Positions 1-12,633 of a DNA stretch of 64,000 nucleotides are shown piece by piece. The DNA is from Squalus acanthias (Eukaryota). Each line of letters begins with the position of its first letter. Positions within the stretch are counted from its first letter, which is position 1. The notes under the pieces are model-generated. The model did no database searches. It was not told the origin of the DNA and worked only from the letters and a program-made list of their open reading frames with translations. A program made the position numbers and the translations under genes. Location: positions 85,560,001 to 85,624,000 of the forward strand of contig CM059435.1 of the NCBI GenBank assembly GCA_030390025.1. The letters run 5' to 3'.

Positions 1-462
1 CTCAATCCACACACCATTACTGTCAGACTGATAGTACACTCCATCTCATTGATTCAGAACACACCGCCTTTATTCTCTGTCTCACTCCCTCTTCCACTCT
101 TTCAATGTCACTCTTACTCTCTCTTATCTCCGTTTTCTGTATGTTCACGTCAAGTTTTCCTGCAAAATAAAAAAATGCAACTGATGTACAGGAGTCTTTT
201 ACATACAGGGTACTAGAAAGCATGGGGATTATAGCAGAGAACCAACAGTGTAGTAAATGAAGAATCATATGTTGGGAGCATGTTACACAGGAGGGTTTGG
301 AAGAGTAAAGCTAGAATTGAGTTCATCCTCAAATTCATGTACCAGTGACTTTATCCCAAGTCTTTGCATACTGATAAAAGTTCATTCCCTCCACAGACAC
401 TCTGTAATTTACTTGATCGTGGATTCTACCCAAACCATTTAATCTTAGTTTGCTTTGAATTG

Positions 463-726
463 GTTGGGGATTATCATGGTTGGCTTACACAGAGTAGCTG
501 TTCATTGGGGCACCATGCTTCAACAGAGTTATCTGGGGATTGGGGTACTGTGCTTGGTTGGGGGTTTGGACATTGCGTTTGTAAAGTTGGATGTCGATTG
601 GGGCAGTGTGCTTGCACAGAGATGGCTGCTAATTGGGATAGTGCGCTTGCACAGATATTGGCAGGGGATTGGGCAGTTTGCTTGCTCAGATTTGGCTGGG
701 GAATGGGGCAATGTGCTTGCAGTGTG
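463..726 (+). repeat. Degenerate minisatellite, unit about 35 bp
   Basis: Six to seven imperfect units of GGGATTGGGGCAGTGTGCTTGCACAGATATTGGCT, clearest at 596-726. Confidence 0.65.
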
Positions 727-1561
727 CTATTTCCTCCCCCTTTATTATTCCGTTCATGTGGTGATGGATGTTATTTGATCAGCTTGCCCTGCTCATGCCA
801 CTTACTAACAAAAGGAATGTTAAAGTACTGAACTGATTACAGTCCAACTGCATTTCAGTCTCAGTAACCATTGTAACCAACACATTTCACGGTGTTGCAA
901 AAGTTTTTTGACGCACATATTATACGGAGCATGCTGGTAAACCAAAAAAATTGTTGAACACTTTTGCTCTTTCAGATGAGGGTGAGATTCTTCCTTTGAT
1001 TATTTAGTTTTTGTCCCTGTAATTTTGCTCTTTTATTTTCCTGTACATGCCAATTTTGTAAACACACCGAGAGAAGCCTGGACAAAATTATGTTGCCGTC
1101 ATGACTTTTACTAAACAGTAAAAAATAAATTAAGAGAACAATCCTGAAATCTCAGCATCATTTAAGTGGTTGTTAAAAGTTTTAAGATCTTGCCTTAGAT
1201 ATTCTCATGTACAGTGTCTCTAGTCACTCCTGTAAGTGGTCTGAGTGCCTTAAGTTTAGGGGTGTGCTAATAATGCCCAATATCTAAATATATGACAGTG
1301 TAACCCAGGGGTGTAACAGTAATAACCCAATGTAACCTGAACCAGATATTCTAACCTTTCACACATACCCCCATGCGCAATTCTTCAATCTTTTCAAAAG
1401 TGGACTAAAAAAAGAGCTGGGAAGATGAGGACAGATACGAATCATTAAACAGCTTTATTTCACACAAAATGAACATTAGAGAGCAGCAGCTGTGACTGGA
1501 ATCACTTATTTTAATCAGTACAACTTGTTTTTGCATAACAATACAAGATAATAAACACACT

Positions 1562-3486
1562 GGCCCAGAAATTGGAGTAGGCCAGAAACCTGCTGGTGCC
1601 ACCGCGGGCCGAAGTTAATGGCCGCCCGAAATAATAGCGCAGGCAGCACCGATATTTTGGTGCTGCCTGCTAATTTAAATTAGTGCAACACTAAACCTAC
1701 TGTGCAAGACAGGTTTCCTGGCGGTACTCTCAGCAGGAGGCCCAATGTAGCATGGCCGTAGCATCCCTGGACCAAGAGCAGCGTTGTCTTAAAGCAAGGC
1801 TGTCATTTTAGAAAGCAGTATCTGTCCCTTTAGAAAGCAGTAAAGGGGAACTGCCTTCTAAAATATTTTTAAAAATAGGCAGTCTTTAGCCCTTAGAGCT
1901 CAACTGCCTTCTGAAAAAAAAAACATTAAAAATAATTCCCAAATGGCAGTCTTCAGCTCTTAAAGCTAAAGCTTAAAGGATGCCAAACAGAACTAGGTGG
2001 AGTAGATTTGGGAACTGATAGAATAAGCTAGCTTGCCTGCTGGGCTGATTGCAGTGTTTATAGCTGTTTTTACAGATCTTGCATTCTCCAAGAACAATGT
2101 TGTATTAAGTGTCTTTGTACAAACTATGATGTACACTAGCAAACGTTGAATATTTACTAAGAGTTATTCTCCTTCTCACATCCCACTTCCCCCTCATCCC
2201 ACAATATCTTCTGATTTACAAGGTGCACATGGTGTAAGTATGCAGCTCTTGCTTTCCCACCCTCCCCTCACCACAACTCTACCCTTGTGCCTTCCTCATT
2301 TCACACACCCAAGAAATGCAGCCTGCCCAGCCAGTGGTTGACCAAGAAGAGGGAGAGGAGAGTGAAAAAGGAGAAGGAGAATCACTGTCACTCGATTTGA
2401 CACTCCCAGCCACCAGCTCCTTAAGGTCACCAGCAAGGCCATTTGCAGTATCCCCCACTGAAAGTCAGCAGCCTTCCACCAGCCATGCTGCAGCCACTGG
2501 GGTAGCACTGCATGACATCAGTAGGATAGGCAAAGGCACACACAAGACAGTCACTAAGAGAATGCATAAGGGTGATGAGTTGATTTCTTGATGTCATATT
2601 GGACGGATAGATGTATAAAGTTGGATTGGAAAGTTTGCTTTGTGGTGGCTCTTATTTTAGCAGTGTGGCCAAGTGGATGCTGTGATGGTCAGTAACAGAG
2701 GGAAGATAAGGTGTGGAACAAATGTTGAAAGGGGAATTGGGATTGTGGTCACTGGTACTGCAAGCAGATGATGCCATCCCGGATATCCCGGCCAAAAGGG
2801 GCTGTCTGGGTTGCATCCTTCCTTCTGCTTCCTCCTCTTCTGCGTCTTCCTCTTCTGAGTCTTCCTCTTCCCTCGGGTGAGCGGATGCTGTAAATCTGAA
2901 ATAAAAGCAGAAAATGCTGGAAATACTCAGCAGGTCAGACAGCATCTTGACCTGAGATGTGAACTCTGTTTCTCTCTCCATGGATGCTGCCTGACCTGCT
3001 GAGCATTTCCAGCATTTTCTGTCTTCTCAGAGGCCTTCCTTTACCATCCAAAGCCTTGCAAGCATCCAGCAGCACTCCCTGCACACTTTAAAAACATTTA
3101 ACATCTGTTGCCCCAAGCCACTACTTCAATAAAATATTTTTTAAAAGTCCAAAAGTTTAAATCCAAACTTACCTGAAAGATGTGTGTTTCCCTTTAAGAA
3201 GCGCTGATTGTGTCTGCAGGGCTGCTTCACACACACTTTTCTGAGCGTGCTTAGGACCCGGCATTAAACAAAGCGAAAAGGTTGAAGTTTGCAGACGTAG
3301 CATCAAGTTGGCTTTAATGTCATGTTCTGCTCATTTACATTTCAGGGGCTAGCGCTGCCACTATGGCCCTTACCAAAATGGCGGCTGTCGTGTCCTGCGC
3401 CGGAGGCGGGCAGAAGTGAGGCGGCCGCCATTTTTTTGCTGAAATGGGCCTTAATGGCCAGCGCAAACACTTTGAATTTCTAGGCC
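1562..3486. mobile_element. Non-autonomous PIF/Harbinger-type DNA transposon, about 1.9 kb
   Basis: TIRs GGCCCAGAAATT / AATTTCTAGGCC (11/12 match), flanked on both sides by ACT (1559-1561, 3487-3489). Internal convergent acidic coding remnants at 2316-2591 (+) and 2750-2890 (-). Confidence 0.75.
2895..3024. mobile_element. Short fold-back element (Penelope-type)
   Basis: Arms 2908-2946 and 2983-3021 are 37/39 complementary; the right half recurs at 42975-43050. Confidence 0.75.
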
Positions 3487-3634
3487 ACTATGCTTCGCCA
3501 TATCGGTGGGTCATTAAAAGAACTTCTAATGACCCCCCCTCCATTTTAACCTTAGAAATTTGTCTGGGCCCATTTTTGGAGCCAGACTCGACGCTGCACA
3601 GGCTCAACCGGGAGGCTGGAGGCAGGCCCAAAAC

Positions 3635-3797
3635 TGGTCATTATCGTAGTGCTGTTTGTGGGAGCTTGCTGTGCGCAAATTCGCTGCCACGTTTCCTACA
3701 TCACAACAGTGACCACACTTCAAAAGGACTTCATTGGCTATAATGAGACGTCTCGAGGTTGTGAAAGGTGCTATATAATTGCAAGTTTTTCTTTCTT
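3635..3797 (+). mobile_element. Deu-domain SINE 3' half
   Basis: ctggtcattatc...gctgtttgtgggagcttgctgtgcgcaaatt...ggtgctatataattgcaag matches 52375-52540. Confidence 0.8.
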
Positions 3798-4139
3798 CAC
3801 AGGCAGCTTGCACATTGTAAATGATGAATGTTGGGCCGTTTGCCACGCCAGCAGCGGCCCAAAGGTAAGTCCCGGGAGGGGGCGATCACGACAACTGTGG
3901 AGTTGAAGGAGCAACCCTGCTCCTCCTGGCTCCACACGAAGGGGCCGCTGAGTGGGGCAGACCCGGCACCCGCTCCGCTCATCGTAAAGAAATTTTACAG
4001 CGAGGCTCCTCAACGGACGTTAGGTCCCTAATTAGGTCCCTAGTGCCTGTTTTAGGCGGCTGCCCAAGACGTCGAAAAATGGGCCCCAGTGGATTTAACA
4101 GTGGCCCGAGTGCGCACATAATTGATGAAGTCAAGCTAC

Positions 4140-4440
4140 GCAATTGTGCATTTTTCAGAGGTTCATGACGGGGTGCAAGTAACAGTCAGGGGCCTTGTTC
4201 AGAAAAGCCTCTGGCCTTGAAATGTCCTATTCTGACAGCATTGGAAGGCCACTGATTTCCAGTGCTTGCTGTTCCAGCTCGGAGAGGTTCGTGATGTTGG
4301 CTGGTCCTACCCCTGGTCTGTCCATGATCTGTCTGTCTTATCCTGCCGAGAGAGAGTGTGAGTGTTAGTGAGTGTCTCATATAACGGAGTGCAGATGTGT
4401 GGGGCTTCTGCTTATTGTGAAAATGCTGAGAGAGAGAGAA
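4140..4440 (-). mobile_element. Fragment of the same Myb/SANT Harbinger family
   Basis: Reverse complement closely matches 14290-14540 (ccagccaacat...gagctggaacagcaagc...gaaatcagtggcct...gtcagaataggacatttcaagg). Confidence 0.75.
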
Positions 4441-5399
4441 GAAGCCAATGGAATCAGAATGCGAGGTACTGAATAGAAAGAAGGTGTGTGAAGTGTGAAG
4501 ACATTTATTTATTCTTCAGGGACTTTTTAGCTAAACAAAATTGTGAAGTAGCAGATTAGCAACAATAAATGCTTAAAAGGGAAACATAGTTTAAATAAAT
4601 TAAATGAAAAGATTAGTACGTCATTTAATTGCAATCAGAGAATGCAATTAAAGTAAAGCACACTGTTGCCAGGCCACCAGCGCCATTATATTTCAATCTA
4701 CATGGCTGTGGTGTGAAAACTGGTCTAAATGCAGGAAATTCGCGATCACCATTGATTTTAATGGGGGCGGAGCTATGATAATTACATGCAGCGAGTGTAA
4801 CGGCGGAATGGCGCAAAAGTTGCAGGAAAGTATAGAGTGGCATAATTAATGGCATAATTCACTTACTCCACAATTTCCTCTTTCTTTAGCATCACTCAAG
4901 GGTCCCTGCACCGTAGCTGTGCCAATACAATGGTGTAATTCCACAAGAAAAACTGAACCATTGTAATGGAAGCTGCTGCAAAATGTTAATGGTTTCAGCT
5001 TTATTAGGTTTAATTGGCTGTAGTTTGTAGATAAGAGAAATAACAGAGGGTGGCTGCATAAACTGTACTACAGATGATTCAGTTAAAGAGTTAGTGGGCA
5101 TCATTTTCATAAAGTGTTCGGCAAACCTTTTTGTTTGGTAAATGGTGTCAAAACTTTGGAATTGAAATAGCGTCAGAATCATCAAATGGCAAAAGTTCCA
5201 TCGTGGCATCTACGTGTCATGTAATTGCTACAAAATATGATGCGTAGCAGCTGTTCTTCTCCGAAGTCTGTGCTCCTGAAGAGCTGCAATTATCCAGTAA
5301 ACAGAATCTGTGGGCAGGGGTGAAGACAAACTGAGAGCTAAAACTCAGCAAAGTAACATAGGCCCTGATATTGCTCTCCTGTGCACCATGGGAGTGCTC

Positions 5400-5790
5400 A
5401 GTTCCCTTTGCCCCTTATCACACGCAAGCTGTACTTTCAGGGAGAGGAAGCCCTTCTCGTTGAGGAAGTTGTGAGGCTTTCTTGTTGGATCTTGCAAAGC
5501 AACATGGGCACCTTCATTGCACCCTGCATCTTACGAAAGCCAGTAACCCCATGAAACTGGATGGCCCTATCTCACTGCTGCCTTGCTGTGATGCCAAAGG
5601 TGATGAATACCCAGCTTTCCTGTACAGTGTGCCAGTCACCAGAGAAATGCACCCCTGTACTGCAGCCTGTCTGATATAAAAGCTGAGTGCAGTGATCACC
5701 TTAGCCACAGAGTAGCAGTGTGGGCAGATGAGCATGGCTGCAGGTCCTCATAGTAGGCGGCAAAGCTCCCTTATCCCTCTTTGATGAAGC
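5400..5790 (-). pseudogene. Harbinger (HARBI1-like) DDE transposase remnant
   Basis: Across frameshifts: VAKVITALSFY...QAAVQGCISLVTGTLYRKAG, AIQFHGVTGFRKMQGA, HVALQDP...NFLNEKGFLSLKVQLACD, similar to the HARBI1 motifs ALGFY, FP.V.GA.DC.HVAI.AP and NRKG.HS.N.Q.VCD. Confidence 0.75.
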
Positions 5791-5820
5791 ACACTCCTCT
5801 TATACAGATCTCCTCACTAA

Positions 5821-6116
5821 AGGACTTGCATTTCTATAGCTCCTTTCACGACCACAGGATGCCCCAAAGCGCTTTATAGCCAATGAAGTACATTTTGCGT
5901 TCAGGAAGGTCCCACAAACAGCAATGAGATAATGACCAGACAATCTGATTCAGTGATGTTGGTTGAGAGATGAATATTGGCCACGACACTGGTAGAACTG
6001 CTCTTCTTCAAATAGTGCCATGGGATCTTTTACATCCACATGAGAGGGCAGACAGGGCCTCGGTTTAACGTCTCATCTGAAAGATGGCATGCCAAGAGTA
6101 CAGCACTTGCTCAGTA
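5821..6116 (-). mobile_element. Deu-domain SINE, partial
   Basis: gtgccatgggatcttttacatccac...gagagggcagacagggcctcggtttaacgtctcatc shared with the 40620 and 52103 copies. Confidence 0.8.
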
Positions 6117-7079
6117 TGTATTTTTTAGTCTGGAATTTTCGATTAGGATTATTTTAACACCAGTAGTAATCGACTGCTGCAAGCATTAAATAATGCCAAT
6201 CGGAACATCTAGGCTCTAATACCTATCTTTGAGATGTGATTGGTCACCTTAATTTTGGTTCCAGCTAGCTTGATGCTCCCAGGTCGCAGAAAATACGCAT
6301 TACTTCCGGTACACAAAAGGAATTATTCATGTGCAAACACATTTTGATTTTAAAGCAAGTGGAACTTACCTGCCACAGTCGGTCGGTTTTGTCTTGAAAT
6401 CTATCAAATTAAAGTGCTTGGTAATTTATTCAAATATGTGGATGTGTCGCATCTGAAAGAAATTCAGGAAAACTTTGTGTTGGGTTGATAAAGTTATTTC
6501 CGCAATGGAAGTCACCTTTCGTTTCGCTATATTCTATGCTTTAACTCCAGAGGGGACCAGAGACATACCCCGAACCAGCAAGCATCCCCAGTGTTTTAAA
6601 ATCTGTGGATGTTTGACAGCCTGATACAACTGTAAGATACGCATTTGATTTCCTTTACTTTTGGATGAATTTCAAATGGGATGGAAGGTACGGAGCTAAT
6701 TCTCATGGCTTCTCTTTGTGCAGGTGCTAGAGAGGAGGGCACCTGAAGTGTGCTCTGCCTGTCCAGGCCTCACAGCCCCCAATATGGTGGGCTGGGTCGT
6801 GAACCAGTGCAGACTCATCCACTGGCAGGGCCTTGTGCTAGGAAACGGGCAGAAACAGATGTGCAGCTGTAGCCTGAGAGGCCTGCAGCTGAGGAACTCG
6901 CCATCTTCTTCAGAGCCTCTAGCTGTTGTTGGAGAACAACATCCATAAGGCATCCAGGCCTGCACAACAATTAAGGAGCTGCAAGAGGAAGAGAGCGCCT
7001 ACTTTTGTGGCCTCCTTTGCCTTACTATTTGACCCCCTCAGACCATCCGATCAGAAATGTTAAGCTCACCACAAGCTTC

Positions 7080-7760
7080 TACAGGTTTTTGGATGATGTC
7101 GCTGTAGGGCAGCATGTAGATGATGAAGAGGAGGGGGCCAAGGATAGATACTTGAGGGACTCCAGATAATGGTGTGGCAGCAGGAAGAAAAGCCATTGCT
7201 GAGGATGCTCTGGCAGTGATTGGATGGATAAAAGTAGAATCAAGCAAGGGCAGTCTCACTCAGCTGGACAACAGAGGAGAGATGTTGGTGGATGATGGCG
7301 TGGCAAAGACTGCAGAGAGGTCAAGAATGATGAGGAGGGATAGTGCACCATGGTCACTGTCACAGAGGATGTCATTTCTGACGTAGTGACAGTAGCAGAG
7401 ATCTGATTGGAGAGATTCAAATATGGAGTCATGGGAAAAATGGGCACGGATTTGGGAGGCAACAATATATTCCAGGACTTTGGAGATAAAAGGGAGGTTG
7501 GAGATGGGCCAATAGTTTGCAAGGACAGGGTTCGAGGGTGGGTTTTGTGGAGAGGAATGATGATGGCAGATTTGAGGGTGACAGTACCTGAGGAGAGGGA
7601 ACCGGTTACAATTTCAGGTAATATGGGGACCAGGAAGGGAAGTTCGGTGATTTGCAGTTTAGTGGGAATGGGGGCAAGAGAGCAAGAGGCGGGTTTCATG
7701 GACTAGATGAGTTCAGAGAGCATGAGGGGGGAGATAGGATAGAAGTTAGAAACGTAGAAA
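7080..7760 (-). mobile_element. L2-clade LINE RT fragment, degraded
   Basis: Minus-strand peptides SCSLAPIPTKL...GSLSSGTV..LKSAIIIPLHK and SGVPQVSILGPLLFIIYMLP. Confidence 0.85.
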
Positions 7761-8779
7761 TAATGGTCCTGAAACTCATGGAGACATAGCCCACCACTAG
7801 AACTGCGGTGGGCTGGACTTCCAGCTGCATGTCTGGCTTCTGATTGACCCTGCGCAAATCCCAGGGATTGGGCCATTGACATAAAAGGGACCCACACCAT
7901 TTATGGCACTTCCTCGGCATCTACCTCACAGGGAGGTCAGGAGTGCCACAGCTGCATCTTGCCACTGCATTGGTGGGAGGGCTGGTTGTTTTCGCTGAAG
8001 AGTTAATTTTTTTTAAAATGCTGGCCGACTCGGTGGAGCTGTTTTCCTAACAGCAATCGATTGTGCTCTGATTGACTGCAGTTTGGAAACCAGCATTCGG
8101 CCCCAACTCCTGCTTCTTACAGGTGTACTTTAAGTTGGCTGCAGTAAAGGCAATACAGCTGGAATGTCTGGTGGGGGACATCATCCCACCTGTCCTGCCT
8201 CTTTTGATGATGTTGGGATGGAAGGAGACACAAAGTGCCTGCTCCCTGCCATTGGAATTTCAGGGTGTTAAAACAAGGGCTTAACCCTTGCAGAACTGAG
8301 TCCTGTTCCAAATTCTTGACGTATTTCCTGGTTCCATCCTCTCAGACCCAGGGATTTTGAGGGCAATATTTTTATTTTAAAAGAAAAAAATTCACTGTTG
8401 TGTGGTTCTTAGCCCACTGTGCCTATTCATGACTTCACTGGAGTGGAATGAGATGATGTTGTATAGAAGTCTATACTAAATATCAACTCCTAGACAGCCT
8501 GTAACTACAGCTCTGGCAACATTTGTTATTTTTAAAGGGAGTTCCCTGTGTAACCCCCAAGCAAGATTCCTGTGGTAGGACTGAAGAACTGGACTCTGAT
8601 TCTACTTCAGTGCTGCCTTGAGCCTCTCACTTGGATGCTTCATTGGGACATACTTTGATAACCATGAGTGCTGACAGCATTGTAACCAGCAATTCTGTGG
8701 CATGAAACAGTAACAAGGGAAGCCCAGAAGTATTAGAAACATACTATGGAACATTCAGGATTATAGAGCATTTCAAAAA

Positions 8780-8882
8780 ATACAGGAACAGGAGTAGGTC
8801 ATTCAGCTGATCGAGCCCGCTTTGCTGTTTTTGTTAGACATGGCAGTTGTATCTTTTTAATTGCAATTGCCTGCCTTTTCTC
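8780..8882 (-). mobile_element. Older CR1 3'-end fragment adjacent to (probably interrupted by) the 8883-11720 LINE
   Basis: acaggaacaggagtaggtcattcagc...cgagcccgc resembles the CR1 3' end at 21187. Decayed CR1-like sequence appears to continue after about 11720. Confidence 0.45.
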
Positions 8883-11720
8883 ATAGGAACATAGGAACAG
8901 TAGAAGGCCATTTCGCCCCTCGAGCCTGTTCCGCCATTTAATAAGATCATGGCTGATCTGCGACAAAAATCCATGATCTAGCATCAATTGCCATTTGTGG
9001 AAGAGAGTTCCAAACTTCTACCACCCTTTGTGTGTAGAAGTGTTTCCTAATTTCACTCCTGAAAGGTCTGGCTCTAATTTTTAGACTATGCCCCCTAGTC
9101 CTAGACTCCCCAACCAGCGGAAATAGTTTCTCTCTATCTACCCTATCTGTTGTCTTTAATATCTTGAAAACTTCAATCAAATCACCCCTTAACCTTCTAA
9201 TCTCTAGGGAATACAACCCTAATTTGTGTAATCTCTCCTCGTAATTTAGCCCTTGAAGTCCAGGTGTCATTCTGGTAAACCTATGTTGCACTCCCTCCAA
9301 GGCCAATATATCCTTCCTAAGGTGTGGTGCCCAGAACTGCTCACAGTACTCCAGGTGTGGTCTAACCAGGTTTTTTTTAATAACTGCAGCATAACCTCTA
9401 CCCCCTTGTATTCTAGTCCTCTAGATATAAAGGCTAGCATTCCATTAGCCTTTTTGATTATTTTCTGTACCTGTTCATGACATTTTAATGATCTATGTAC
9501 CTGGATCCCCGAGTCTCTTTGGGCCTCCACTGTTTTTAGCTTTTCACCATTTAGAAGGTACCCTGTTCTATCCTTTTTAGGTCTAAAGTGATGACCTCAC
9601 ATTTGCCTACATTGAAATCCATTTGCCACAGTTTTACCCATTCACTTAATCTATTAATATCCCTTTGTAATTTTATGCTTTCATCCACACTGCCTACAAT
9701 GCCGCCTATCTTTGTGTCATCGGCAAATTTGGATACATGATTTTCTATGGCATCATCTAAGTCGTTAGTAAAAACTGTGAATAGTTGAGGCCCCAACACA
9801 GATCCCTGCGGGACACCACTAGTCACATCCTGCCAATTAGAGTACCTGCCCATTATCCCTACTCTCTTTCTCCTGCTGCCCAGCCAATTTCCTAACCAGG
9901 TCAATAATTTGCCCTCAATTCCGTGGGCTTCTACCTTAGTTAACAGTCTCTTATGAGGGACTTTATCAAATGCCTTCTGGAAGTCCATATAAATAACATC
10001 CATAGACATTCCCCTGTCCCTCTTAGTCACCTCTTCAAAAAATGCAATCAGGTTTGTCAGGCATGACCTACCTTTCACAAATCCATGCTGGCTCTCTCTG
10101 ATCAGCTGAAAATTTTCGAGTTGTTCAGTCATCCTATCCTTAATTATAGACTCTAGTAATTTCCCAACAACAGATGTTGGGCTAACTGGTCTATAATTCC
10201 CTGGTTTCCCACTCTCGCCATTCTTAAAAAGTGGAGTTACATGCACAACTTTCCAATCTAAAGGGACGGTTCCTGAATTGAGAGAACTTTGGAAGATTAT
10301 AGTTAGGGCATCTGTAATATGCTCATCTACTTCCTTTAAAACCCTGGGGTGGAAACCATCTGGCCCTGGGGATTTGTCACTCTTTAGTGCCATTATTTTC
10401 TTCATTACTGCTATTTTGCTTACGTTAATTTTGTTGAGTCCCTGTCCCTGATTCAATGTTAGTTTCCTTGGGATTTCTGGCATGCTATCCTCTTCCTCTA
10501 CCGTAAATACTGACGCAAAGTAATTATTCAACATGTCCGCCATTCCCTTATTATCATTGACAATATCACAAATATCAGTTTTCAAGGGGTCAACGTTGCT
10601 CTTGACCATCCTCTTTTTCTAATATAATTGTAAAAATACTTTGTGTTGATTTTGATATCCCTTGCAAGTTTCTTTTCATACTCTCTTGTAGCTCTTACTA
10701 TCTGTTTTGTCACCCTTTGCTGTTCTTTGTATCTTTCTCATTCACCAGGATCTGTGCTTTTTTTTGAACTTTTGTATGCTTTTTCTTTTAGTTTTATGCT
10801 ATCTCTTTTTTTTGGCAAGTAGAGCTCTTGCCCCTCAGAGGTATAAACTGCTTCTGTATCACATTAAATTCTTTTTTAAACCTCTCCCACTGATCTTCTG
10901 TCATTTTACCCATTAATAGATTTGTCCAGTTTACTCTGGACAGTCTCTGTCTCATCCCGTTGAAGTCGGCCTTACCTAAATCTAGAATCTTCATAGCTGT
11001 TTCGTGTTTCTCCCTTTCAAACATGACGTTGAACTTGATCATGTTATGATCGCTATTGGATAAATGTTCACGCACCGTCAGGCTGTTAACTAAATCTGGC
11101 TCATTACTCATTACTAAATCTAATATGGCATGCCCCCTTGCTGGTTCTGGGACTTATTGTTGTAGAAAACTATCCCGGACACGCTCACAAAATTCACTAC
11201 CTTTCTGACAGGTGCTAGTCTGCTTATCCCAATCTATATGAAAGTTAAAATCCCCCATTAAAACCACTCTGCCTTTATTACACACTTGTCTAATCTCTGC
11301 ATTTATACAATCTAGCACTTCAGAGCTGCTACCAGGTGACCTATACACAACTCCCACTACAGTCTTAAATCCTTTCCTATTTCTTAATTCTACCCATAAA
11401 GTCTCCACTGCCTGGTTACCTCTTGTTATATCCTCTCTTATCATTGAAGTGATTTCATCCTTAATCACTGAGGCTACTCCTCCCTCTCTACCAGTTTCCC
11501 TATCTTTCCTGTAGACCTTATAACCTGGTATATTTAGTTCCCAGTCCTGACTGTCTTGCAGCCATGTCTCAGTAATGGCTACCATGTCATACCCTCCAAG
11601 TTGAATTTGCGCCTGCAGTTCATTCAATTTACTCCTTATACTCTGTGCGTTTGTATAAAGAACGCTTATTTGGGCCACACCCCATGCCTGCCCGTCAGCT
11701 CTAATGTTTTACTCACATTT
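8883..11720 (-). mobile_element. CR1-clade LINE, near-complete ORF2 (APE endonuclease + RT), no ORF1, several frameshifts
   Basis: ORFs 11154-11678 (YTNAQSI, VAITETWL, MGDFN), 10794-11111 (SDHN), 9551-10609 (KSPGPDG, DFQKAFDKVPH, GVPQGSVLGP, FADDTK), 9267-9530 and 8947-9306. Tandem (GTTCCTAT)2 3' tail at about 8884-8898. Confidence 0.95.
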
Positions 11721-12326
11721 CCTTTTAATGCCTTACTTGCCAAATAACTGTGTGACTTTTAAACACTTCAATTAATTCTGCATCTGCATCTTGGATATAC
11801 TCCCTTCCATTTCCAAATCCAAGCGATATAGTTCCAGCACTAATCCCTGAGAGACTACACTTGTCACTATTTACCAATCCAGAAATGTCCCTTTATTGCC
11901 AAATCTCTGCCTCCTCCCTCGCAACCTGTTTCTTATTCGTGCCACGAGACTGACTCCAATTCCATGTGCTTTAACTAGCAATCACTTGGGCAGAACCTTA
12001 GCAATCCCTCTTTAATCCTATGTAGTATATAACAGCACATGATCAGGAGGAAATTGATGACTATAATCCAGTTTTGGGATTAGAATAACCTGATTTTGCC
12101 TTATGGTTCACACTATTACCTGGCCCCTAATATTGTTGCCTCTTGTTAGTCCCCTCAGTTATCTGCTCCCCTAAACTTTGGTGGAGACATGACTTCTTCA
12201 TTCGGAGCATTATTCTGTCACTTCTGCATAACTTTCTTCCTGTCAAAAACAGAATTGTGTTTATTTCTGAGACAAACTTCTATTTGTGAATTTCGCTGAT
12301 CAACCTTCTTTCTGAACTTGTTACAG

Positions 12327-12483
12327 ATCATTCAAACCAGACTTTGTTGTCATTCGTCAGCATGTGTATAACATGGCCCATGGGGAGGACTACCGTAACC
12401 TCATCATCGGCATGCAGTACGGCAGAGTGCCTTCGCTCAATTCTCTCCCATCTGTCTACAGCTTCTGCAACAAGCCCTGGATG
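12327..12483 (+). CDS. SYN3: Synapsin (C domain) internal coding exon, 157 bp
   Basis: ttacag|A TCA TTC...TGG ATG|gtgagt. Translates (R)[52 protein letters not shown], matching the synapsin C domain (human SYN3 [32 protein letters not shown]...NSLYSVYNFCSKPWV, from memory). Paralog assigned by similarity and by the nested TIMP3. Not in the ORF track. Confidence 0.93.
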
Positions 12484-12633
12484 GTGAGTTTGGCTGCTTA
12501 TCTCTGGTGTGCGGTGGTATGTGTACCTATACTATGAACCATTTAACAGCAGCATTCTAGACCACTTTTTGCTATGTCCACTTCAGTGACTCTGGACTGC
12601 GGGTTCATCTTCCACAAGTTGGTTAAAACTTTT

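Noticed and set aside
463-726. Repeats of about 35 bp with CRISPR-like periodicity, and overlapping ORFs 364-831 and 455-778
   Set aside because: Degenerate head-to-tail units without unique spacers, no cas genes, eukaryotic context.
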